Source of the DNA: Macrostomum hystrix
Lineage: Eukaryota > Animalia > Platyhelminthes
Length of the DNA: 64,000 nucleotides
Assembly: GCA_950097015.1 (NCBI GenBank)
Contig: CATNEN010000001.1
Coordinates: 2,914,001-2,978,000, forward strand
Direction of reading: 5' to 3'
The notes below the pieces were generated by a model. That model was not told the DNA's origin. It searched no databases and saw nothing but the letters and a program-made list of their open reading frames with translations. This document shows positions 53,771 through 64,000 of this stretch, one piece after another (position 1 is the first letter of the stretch; each line of letters opens with the position of its first letter). Position numbers and translations under genes: made by a program.

Positions 53771-55451
53771 CGCATAGACACTTTTTAATATTCAAAATAA
53801 AGTTATATAAGAGGCTATTAGGTTCGTCCATTTTTTGTTAAAAGCAATAAAAACCTTATCGTACAGCCAACTTTGAGTGTACATGCATGAGTACAATTTT
53901 TACTGGTCAAAATATATTGCCAGTCGAACAAAATTCAAACTCTATGAAACCCAGATAAGATTAGTACGAGTAATAACAGAGGCTCTATAGCACATATTGT
54001 TACCTACAGACTAATGTAAAGAAAGAAGTAAAATGATAAAAATGGTTTGGAAGAAGATCTTTAAAAACAAACAAGCATTTTATAATTTAAGTTTTTTATC
54101 AAATCATATCCTTGTCTAATCTTTGTCTGGCGTTTGTAAATACTGGAAGAAGCATCGAGTGTGTTAGCTTAGCCATCAAAATGAATCGTTTGTTATTGAA
54201 TATTTATTTATTTAGAATTAGGCTATTATCTTGGAGTGCTTAGCTGTACCTATGGCTGTCATGCATCTCGCCCTTTTACTAGCAGATCCATGCAATAGGT
54301 GCCTACTATTTAAGAAACATTTTAAGAAACGTCTCACAGACACTGAACGTTTAACAGAACAACAACCACCGGGGGGTATTTCAAAAACCTCATTGTTTCT
54401 GTTTCTCCTACAAAATTCAACCGATCGCCATGAAAATCTAGAACACGGACTAACATTTTCGATCCACTCTGTCAGGTGAAACAACGGCTTTGTTAGTTGT
54501 CCTTGTCATCAGGATCTTCGCGTGAAATTAGCGTGATCTGTTCACTGGCCGATGAATGAATCAGTCGTACATTCTACAAATCTACAATCTGTGCAGTCAA
54601 CCTACCTTCGCTTTCCTCCCCTTCCTTTCTTCCTTCCTTCTATCTGATCCTCTCTTCACTCTGCCTCGATTTCACTATCCTCCAATTATGTTTTCGCGAA
54701 AGTAGCACGTCAATGAATGGTACCAGAGTACTTTTGTTGGAACGATCAGTTGAGATCAGTTCGAAGAAAACGATCAAACATTCAAAGCCAAAAACCAAAG
54801 CCAAAATCCAAATTTGCATATTCTTCTAGCTGCAACTCACTTACTCGCCAGTTTCCGCACTGCTATAGCTACTACTAACAGCTACTAACGGCTGAAAGAC
54901 CTTTTTTGATCTCCGTAGTGTATTTCTAAATATAGAACATTCTATATAGGCTATCCCAATTAGGGTCGTTGTCTCTAGGGAAAACACAAAAATAGGATAA
55001 TTTTAGACCCACTGAGGGATCAGAAATAAAAGTACGCAGCATCTTTCAGTTTTAATTCTTGTCAAATATATTGTCAAATCTATAAAGATTTTTCATATAT
55101 TTTTTTAAAAAACTCCACATTCGGTAAATTTTCTGCAATGAATTTTCAGATGGGTTTTAATTTCAAAAATGTTTTACATCGTCAAATTCTTTGCGTATAA
55201 TGGATGTATGTTTCTGGACTATTTGCCATTTAGAGGCGATTAAAAATTTAGAGTGGTCTTGAAATACAATAGACTCCGATTCCTACATTACAATGTCAAA
55301 CATAACGGACAATGGAAGATTCGGACATGTCATAGGATCCCTCGATGCTGCATTGTTATTTAATTTAATTCGTCTTAACGTAGTCTCCATTTTTCTATTC
55401 TCAAATATACTGATGAGTTTGCGAGTGCTTAAACAAAAAATTACGCTGACA

Positions 55452-58400
55452 TGTGAGACAATCACTCACCTGTGAGACACGCTCACCTGTGAGACACGCT
55501 CACCTGTGAGACACACGCTCACCTGTGAGACACACGCTCACCTGTGAGACACACGCTCACCTGTGAGACACACGCTCACCTGTGAGACACGCTCACCTGT
55601 GAGACACGCTCACCTGTGAGACACACGCTCACCTGTGAGACACACGCTCACTAATGAGACACACGCTCACTAATGAGACATACGCTCACTAATGAGACAC
55701 ACGCTCACTAATGAGACACAGGCTCACTAATGAGACATACGCTCACTAATGAGACACACGCTCACTAATGAGACACACGCTCACCTGTGAGACACACGCT
55801 CACTAATGAGACACACGCTCACTAATGAGACATACGCTCACTAATGAGACACACGCTCACTAATGAGACATACGCTCACTAATGAGACACACGCTCACCT
55901 GTGAGACACACGCTCACTAATGAGACACACGCTCACTAATGAGACACACGCTCACTAATGAGACACACGCTCACTAATGAGACACACGCTCACCTGTGAG
56001 ACACACGCTCACTAATGAGACACACGCTCACTAATGAGACACACGCTCACTAATGAGACACACGCTCACTAATGAGACATACGCTCACCTGTTAGACACA
56101 CGCTCACCTGTTAGACACACGCTCACTAATGAGACACACGCTCACCTGTGAGACACACGCTCACTAATGAGACACGCTCACCTGTGAGACACACGCTCAC
56201 CTGTGAGACACACGCTCACTAATGAGACATACGCTCACCTGTTAGACACACGCTCACCTGTTAGACACACGCTCACTAATGAGACACACGCTCACTAATG
56301 AGACACACGCTCACTAATGAGACACACGCTCACTAATGAGACACACGCTCACCTGTGAGACACACGCTCACTAATGAGACACACGCTCACTAATGAGACA
56401 CACGCTCACCTGTGAGACACACGCTCACTAATGAGACACACGCTCACTAATGAGACACACGCTCACTAATGAGACACACGCTCACTAATGAGACACACGC
56501 TCACTAATGAGACATACGCTCACCTGTTAGACACACGCTCACCTGTTAGACACACGCTCACTAATGAGACACACGCTCACCTGTGAGACACACGCTCACT
56601 AATGAGACACGCTCACCTGTGAGACACACGCTCACCTGTGAGACACACGCTCACTAATGAGACACACGCTCACTAATGAGACACACGCTCACTAATGAGA
56701 CATACGCTCACCTGTTAGACACACGCTCACCTGTTAGACACACGCTCACTAATGAGACACACGCTCACCTGTGAGACACACGCTCACTAATGAGACACAC
56801 GCTCACTAATGAGACACACGCTCACCTGTGAGACACACGCTCACTAATGAGACACACGCTCACTAATGAGACACACGCTCACTAATGAGACATACGCTCA
56901 CCTGTTAGACACACGCCTCACCTGTTAGACACACGCTCACTAATGAGACACACGCTCACCTGTGAGACACACGCTCACTAATGAGGACACACGCTCACTA
57001 ATGAGACACACGCTCACTAATGAGACACACGCTCACTAATGAGACACACGCTCACCTGTGAGACACACGCTCACTAATGAGACACACGCTCACTAATGAG
57101 ACACACGCTCACCTGTGAGACACACGCTCACTAATGAGACACACGCTCACTAATGAGACACACGCTCACTAATGAGACACACGCTCACTAATGAGACATA
57201 CGCTCACCTGTTAGACACACGCTCACCTGTTAGACACACGCTCACTAATGAGACACACGCTCACCTGTGAGACACACGCTCACTAATGAGACACACGCTC
57301 ACTAATGAGACACACGCTCACCTGTGAGACACACGCTCACTAATGAGACACGCTCACTAATGAGACATACGCTCACCTGTTAGACACACGCTCACCTGTT
57401 AGACACACGCTCACTAATGAGACACACGCTCACTAATGAGACACACGCTCACTAATGAGACACACGCTCACTAATGAGACACACGCTCACCTGTGAGACA
57501 CACGCTCACTAATGAGACACACGCTCACTAATGAGACACACGCTCACCTGTGAGACACACGCTCACTAATGAGACACACGCTCACTAATGAGACACACGC
57601 TCACTAATGAGACACACGCTCACTAATGAGACACACGCTCACTAATGAGACATACGCTCACCTGTTAGACACACGCTCACCTGTTAGACACACGCTCACT
57701 AATGAGACACACGCTCACCTGTGAGACACACGCTCACTAATGAGACACACGCTCACCTGTGAGACACACGCTCACTAATGAGACACACGCTCACTAATGA
57801 GACACACGCTCACTAATGAGACACTACGCTCACTACTGTAGACACACGCTCACCTGTTAGACACACGCTCACTAATGAGACACACGCTCACCTGTGAGAC
57901 ACACGCTCACTAATGAGACACACGCTCACTAATGAGACACACGCTCACCTGTGAGACACACGCTCACTAATGAGACACACGCTCACTAATGAGACACACG
58001 CTCACTAATGAGACATACGCTCACCTGTTTAGACACACGCTCACCTGTTAGACACACGCTCACTAATGAGACACACGCTCACCTGTGAGACACACGCTCA
58101 CTAATGAGACACACGCTCACTAATGAGACACACGCTCACTAATGAGACACACGCTCACTAATGAGACACACGCTCACCTGTGAGACACACGCTCACTAAT
58201 GAGACACACGCTCACTAATGAGACACACGCTCACCTGTGAGACACACGCTCACTAATGAGACACACGCTCACTAATGAGACACACGCTCACTAATGAGAC
58301 ATACGCTCACCTGTTAGACACACGCTCACCTGTTAGACACACGCTCACTAATGAGACACACGCTCACCTGTGAGACACACGCTCACTAATGAGACACACG

Positions 58401-60005
58401 CTCACTAATGAGACACACGCTCACCTGTGAGACACACGCTCACTAATGAGACACACGCTCACTAATGAGACACACGCTCACTAATGAGACATACGCTCAC
58501 CTGTTAGACACACGCTCACCTGTTAGACACACGCTCACTAATGAGACACACGCTCACCTGTGAGACACACGCTCACTAATGAGACACGCTCACCTGTGAG
58601 ACACACGCTCACCTGTGAGACACACGCTCACCTGTGAGACACACGCTCACTAATGAGACACGCTCACTAATGAGACACACGCTCACTAATGAGACACGCT
58701 CACCTGTTAGACACACGCTCACCTGTTAGACACACGCTCACTAATGAGACACACGCTCACTAATGAGACACACGCTCACTAATGAGACACACGCTCACCT
58801 GTGAGACACACGCTCACTAATGAGACACACGCTCACCTGTGAGACACACGCTCACTAATGAGACACACGCTCACTAATGAGACACACGCTCACTAATGAG
58901 ACATACGCTCACTAATGAGACATACGCTCACTAATGAGACACGCTCACTAATGAGACATACGCTCACCTGTTAGACACACGCTCACCTGTTAGACACACG
59001 CTCACTAATGAGACACACGCTCACTAATGAGACACACGCTCACTAATGAGACACACGCTCACCTGTGAGACACACGCTCACTAATGAGACACACGCTCAC
59101 CTGTGAGACACACGCTCACTAATGAGACACACGCTCACTAATGAGACACACGCTCACTAATGAGACATACGCTCACCTGTGAGACACACGCTCACCTGTG
59201 AGACACACGCTCACCTGTGAGACACACGCTCACTAATGAGACACGCTCACCTGTGAGACACACGCTCACCTGTGAGACACACGCTCACCTGTTAGACACA
59301 CGCTCACCTGTGAGACACACGCTCACTAATGAGACACACGCTCACTAATGAGACACACGCTCACCTGTGAGACACACGCTCACCTGTGAGACACACGCTC
59401 ACTAATGAGACACACGCTCACTAATGAGACATACGCTCACTAATGAGACACACGCTCACCTGTGAGACACACGCTCACTAATGAGACACATGCTCACCTG
59501 TGAGACACACGCTCACTAATGAGACACACGCTCACCTGTGAGACACACGCTCACTAATGAGACACACGCTCACTAATGAGACACACGCTCACTAATGAGA
59601 CACACGCTCACCTGTGAGACACACGCTCACTAATGAGACACACGCTCACTAATGAGACACACGCTCACTAATGAGACATACGCTCACTAATGAGACACAC
59701 GCTCACTAATGAGACATACGCTCACTAATGAGACACACGCTCACTAATGAGACATACGCTCACCTGTGAGACACACGCTCACTAATGAGACATACGCTCA
59801 CCTGTGAGACACACGCTCACCTGTGACTGTGAGACACACGCTCACCTGTGAGACATATACGCTTTTCTGTGAGACACACGCTCACCTCTGTGAGAAATTT
59901 TCTCACCTGTGAGACACACGCTCACCTGTGAGACATACGCTCACCTGTGAGACATACGCTCACCTGTGAGACATACGCTCACCTGTGAGACACACGCTCA
60001 CCTGT
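55452..60005. repeat. 4.5-kb 19-bp satellite gagacacacgctcac(taat/ctgt)
   Basis: Two main monomer variants interspersed; ends 45 bp before the GPCR ATG. Confidence 0.98.
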
Positions 60006-60049
60006 CAATCAATTGTTCCGACAAAAACCCGCAGTCAGCAGAACCGACA

Positions 60050-61363
60050 ATGCAATCGATGCAGCCGTCAAATGAAGGCCCGCCAACAACCTCGCGCCAA
60101 CCCATAGCAGACAGTTGGGCCTGGAAACGCCATTTCTACGAATCAGTATTCAACTACCTGCCGCCGGCTCTCTTAGCCTTCGGCTTGGCCTCAAACGTTT
60201 GCGCATTTCTAGTCCTACTGAGACCTCGACTGCGCATTCTTGTAGTTCACCTGCCACTCCTGGCTCTGTCTGCGGTGGACTCAGTCGCCCTGCTCACCGG
60301 TCTGTTGAGGCACTGGCTGCGCAAGGCGACTTACTTTGCTGCTGTGGGAGATTTGGATCCGCAAGCTACTTCCCAGGTTGGCTGCAAGCTGCTCGAGCTG
60401 CTGTTATACCTCAGCCTGATGTACTCCTCCTGGCTCGTGATGCTCATCTCTATTGAACGCTTCGTCACAGTCTGCATCCGGCCGGACAGTCGAGTGCGCG
60501 CATTTCTGGTGTCGCATTGCGGACTGTGCGTGACAATGAGCGCCGGCTTCTTCATACTGTTAGCCGTGAATTCTCACTTCTTAGCCACTCGCGGACTTCT
60601 GGTGTCACAGTCGCCGGCGCTGAACAATCGCTCACTGACAACCGCGGACAGTTTAGTCAGTTTCAGCGCTGATATCGACGATAATAATGCGGTTTGTAGA
60701 AATCTGCCACAGTACAAATTCTTTGTCGAGACTGTGTTCCCGAAGCTGGACTTAGCTCTAACCGCATTCCTGCCGTTCTTGGTGATCGCCTGCTGCAACT
60801 TCCTGATTGTCCGCAAATTGCGCAAAGTTCGCAAGAACTCGAGCCTCAGTGCCAATCAGAGTGCCGTGGCCGGCTACAGAACCACCGTCATGCTGCTGCT
60901 CACTACCTTCGTGTTCATCGGACTCACAGCGCCAGTGAAGATCTACTTGACAGTGATTGGCGGCTCACAACCCCATGGATTAAGCTTGTCTACGGATCCT
61001 AACAGATATTTTTCGCATCGAGTGGCATGGTCCATCCTGCTAGTACTGCAGTTTGCCAACCACTGCTGCAATTTTCTCCTCTACTGCGCTAGCAATCCAC
61101 AATTCCGAACGGAAGCTGTCGGCCTGTTCTCCAGCTGCTGCTGCTCCTGCTGCTGCTGCTGCAGGGGAGTTGAGAATGCAGCTGCATGCAGCTATCGAAA
61201 TCAGCGAGCTGTGACATACCTGCACCCGGAGCAGACTGGCAATGTGCACGATCAGGAGGAGGCGGATGCAGCAGCGGCGGCGGCGCCTGACGCCGGATCG
61301 CGAATGGCCGACGTCGACGACATTCAACTACGAACATGCCGACGAGAACCTTTAGAGCCTTGA
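60050..61363 (+). CDS. Rhodopsin-class (class A) peptide GPCR, FMRFamide-receptor-like group, ~437 aa, intronless CDS
   Basis: ATG at 60050; the ORF-track start lies inside the satellite. Seven hydrophobic segments, GLASN (TM1), LSAVD (TM2), GCK..SSWLVMLISIERF (TM3), FLPFLVIACCNFLI (TM5), NHCCNFLLYC..QFR (TM7/H8). Confidence 0.92.
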   Translation: MQSMQPSNEGPPTTSRQPIADSWAWKRHFYESVFNYLPPALLAFGLASNVCAFLVLLRPRLRILVVHLPLLALSAVDSVALLTGLLRHWLRKATYFAAVGDLDPQATSQVGCKLLELLLYLSLMYSSWLVMLISIERFVTVCIRPDSRVRAFLVSHCGLCVTMSAGFFILLAVNSHFLATRGLLVSQSPALNNRSLTTADSLVSFSADIDDNNAVCRNLPQYKFFVETVFPKLDLALTAFLPFLVIACCNFLIVRKLRKVRKNSSLSANQSAVAGYRTTVMLLLTTFVFIGLTAPVKIYLTVIGGSQPHGLSLSTDPNRYFSHRVAWSILLVLQFANHCCNFLLYCASNPQFRTEAVGLFSSCCCSCCCCCRGVENAAACSYRNQRAVTYLHPEQTGNVHDQEEADAAAAAAPDAGSRMADVDDIQLRTCRREPLEP

Positions 61364-61454
61364 TGTTGCTCCACAACAGCTGCTTTGTAGATATGCCTTT
61401 TATTCCAGCAAAGCAGGCCTCTTCAAGTGAATCTCATATGTATATATCTTAGAA

Positions 61455-61705
61455 GGGGTTGTAGCCTTGTGGTTAGAGCGCCGGACTCACGACCTGAAGG
61501 TCGGGGGTTCGATTCCAGTCTCCACGGTCTGAAACTATCTATGTGTCCCTTTATTAAGACACTTAAACTCTGAATTGCTTCAGTTCACCCAGCTGTTAAA
61601 TGGGTACCAGGATTAGCTGGGGTAATTGAGGGTACGTGTGACTTCCCCACAGTCCATGGACTGAACAGCCATACGCAGCTTTCAGATACGCCACTTCAGA
61701 TGCTG
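61455..61705 (+). mobile_element. tRNA-derived SINE with CORE-like central domain
   Basis: A box tagccttgtgg and B box ggttcgattcc, followed by gtgtccc..aagacacttaaactctg..cttcagttcacccagctgttaaatggg, which resembles the MIR/CORE consensus as recalled. A second copy lies at 4866-5045. Confidence 0.8.
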
Positions 61706-64000
61706 TCCTGCCAGTTTGCTAACACAACCCTTAGTTCACTAATCCTGTCAGTTTGCTAACACATCGCCTTAGTTCACTAATCCTGTCAGTTTGCTAACAC
61801 AACCCTTAGTTCACTAATCCTGCCAGTTTGCTAACACATCGCCTTAGTTCACTAATCCTGTCAGTTTGCTAACACATCCCCTTAGTTCACTAATCCTGTC
61901 AGTTTGCTAACACAACCCTTAGTTCACTAATCCTGTCAGTTTGCTAACACATCCCCTTAGTTCACTAATCCTGCCAGTTTGCTAACACAACCCCCTTAGT
62001 TCACTAATCCTGTCAGTTTGCTAACACATCCCCTTAGTTCACTAATCCTGTCAGTTTGCTAACACATCGCCTTAGTTCACTAATCCTGTCAGTTTGCTAA
62101 CACATCCCCTTAGTTCACTAATCCTGTCAGTTTGCTAACACATCGCCTTAGTTCACTAATCCTGTCAGTTTGCTAACACATCCCCTTAGTTCACTAATCC
62201 TGTCAGTTTGCTAACACATCCCCTTAGTTCACTAATCCTGTCAGTTTGCTAACACATCCCCTTAGTTCACTAATCCTGTCAGTTTGCTAACACATCCCCT
62301 TAGTTCACTAATCCTGTCAGTTTGCTAAAACACCCCTTAGTTCACTAATCCTGTCAGTTTGCTAACACATCGCCTTAGTTCACTAATCCTGTCAGTTTGC
62401 TAACACAACCCTTAGTTCACTAATCCTGTCAGTTTGCTAACACAACCCTTAGTTCACTAATCCTGTCAGTTTGCTAACACATCCCCTTAGTTCACTAATC
62501 CTGTCAGTTTGCTAACACAACCCCCTTAGTTCACTAATCCTGTCAGTTTGCTAACACATCCCCTTAGTTCACTAATCCTGTCAGTTTGCTAACACATCCC
62601 CTTAGTTCACTAATCCTGTCAGTTTGCTAACACAACCCTTAGTTCACTAATCCTGTCAGTTTGCTAACACATCGCCTTAGTTCACTAATCCTGTCAGTTT
62701 GCTAACACAACCCTTAGTTCACTAATCCTGTCAGTTTGCTAACACATCCCCTTAGTTCACTAATCCTGTCAGTTTGCTAACACAACCCCTTAGTTCACTA
62801 ATCCTGTCAGTTTGCTAACACAACCCTTAGTTCACTAATCCTGTCAGTTTGCTAACACATCCCCTTAGTTCACTAATCCTGTCAGTTTGCTAACACAACC
62901 CTTAGTTCACTAATCCTGTCAGTTTGCTAACACAACCCTTAGTTCACTAATCCTGTCAGTTTGCTAACACATCCCCTTAGTTCACTAATCCTGTCAGTTT
63001 GCTAACACATCCCCTTAGTTCACTAATCCTGTCAGTTTGCTAACACAACCCTTAGTTCACTAATCCTGCCAGTTTGCTAACACATCCCCTTAGTTCACTA
63101 ATCCTGTCAGTTTGCTAACACATCGCCTTAGTTCACTAATCCTGTCAGTTTGCTAACACAACCCTTAGTTCACTAATCCTGTCAGTTTGCTAACACAACC
63201 CTTAGTTCACTAATCCTGTCAGTTTGCTAACACAACCCTTAGTTCACTAATCCTGTCAGTTTGCTAACACATCCCCTTAGTTCACTAATCCTGTCAGTTT
63301 GCTAACACAACCCTTAGTTCACTAATCCTGTCAGTTTGCTAACACAACCCTTAGTTCACTAATCCTGTCAGTTTGCTAACACATCCCCTTAGTTCACTAA
63401 TCCTGTCAGTTTGCTAACACATCCCCTTAGTTCACTAATCCTGTCAGTTTGCTAACACAACCCTTAGTTCACTAATCCTGCCAGTTTGCTAACACATCCC
63501 CTTAGTTCACTAATCCTGTCAGTTTGCTAACACATCGCCTTAGTTCACTAATCCTGTCAGTTTGCTAACACAACCCTTAGTTCACTAATCCTGTCAGTTT
63601 GCTAACACAACCCTTAGTTCACTAATCCTGTCAGTTTGCTAACACAACCCTTAGTTCACTAATCCTGTCAGTTTGCTAACACATCCCCTTAGTTCACTAA
63701 TCCTGTCAGTTTGCTAACACATCGCCTTAGTTCACTAATCCTGTCAGTTTGCTAACACAACCCTTAGTTCACTAATCCTGTCAGTTTGCTAACACATCCC
63801 CTTAGTTCACTAATCCTGTCAGTTTGCTACCACAACCCCTTAGTTCACTAATCCTGTCAGTTTGCTAACACATCCCCTTAGTTCACTAATCCTGTCAGTT
63901 TGCTAACACATCCCCTTAGTTCACTAATCCTGTCAGTTTGCTAACACATCCCCTTAGTTCACTAATCCTGTCAGTTTGCTAACACAACCCTTAGTTCACT
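61706..64000. repeat. 37-39-bp minisatellite cttagttcactaatcctgtcagtttgctaacacatccc, running off the window
   Basis: About 60 copies, starting directly after the SINE. Confidence 0.98.

Noticed and set aside
61455-61530. Functional tRNA gene (Val-CAC-like loop)
   Set aside because: Acceptor and anticodon stems pair poorly, there is no poly-T terminator, and the sequence continues into a SINE body shared with a second copy.
51297-64000. Regular 32-38-bp repeats as possible CRISPR arrays
   Set aside because: Units are head-to-tail with no unique spacers, there are no cas genes, and the context is eukaryotic.

Overview
Eukaryotic (animal) genomic DNA with GT-AG introns. The dense minisatellites and poly-Ala/poly-Gln coding tracts suggest a free-living flatworm such as Macrostomum, but this is inference only. 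Six cellular genes can be reconstructed by hand: (1) a BMP-type R-Smad (Smad1/5, +, 3 exons); (2) a PLP-dependent serine/threonine dehydratase or serine racemase-like enzyme (-, 4 exons); (3) a 763-aa signal peptide-LRR-TM-TIR-like (Toll-like) receptor (-, 7 exons), which the ORF track shows only in fragments; (4) a C3orf33/thermonuclease-like protein (-, 2 exons); (5) a Frizzled with an intronless CDS (-); (6) a rhodopsin-class peptide GPCR with an intronless CDS (+). Mobile DNA includes an internally deleted Helitron with a nested MITE, further MITEs, a TIR element carrying a minisatellite, and two tRNA-derived SINE families, one CORE-like. Roughly 40% of the window is tandem repeat, in about 20 largely unrelated arrays. 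Most notable: nearly every long intron is filled almost from splice site to splice site by its own private minisatellite. Applying that rule to the apparently intergenic arrays predicts unannotated non-coding exons upstream of the Frizzled and GPCR genes.
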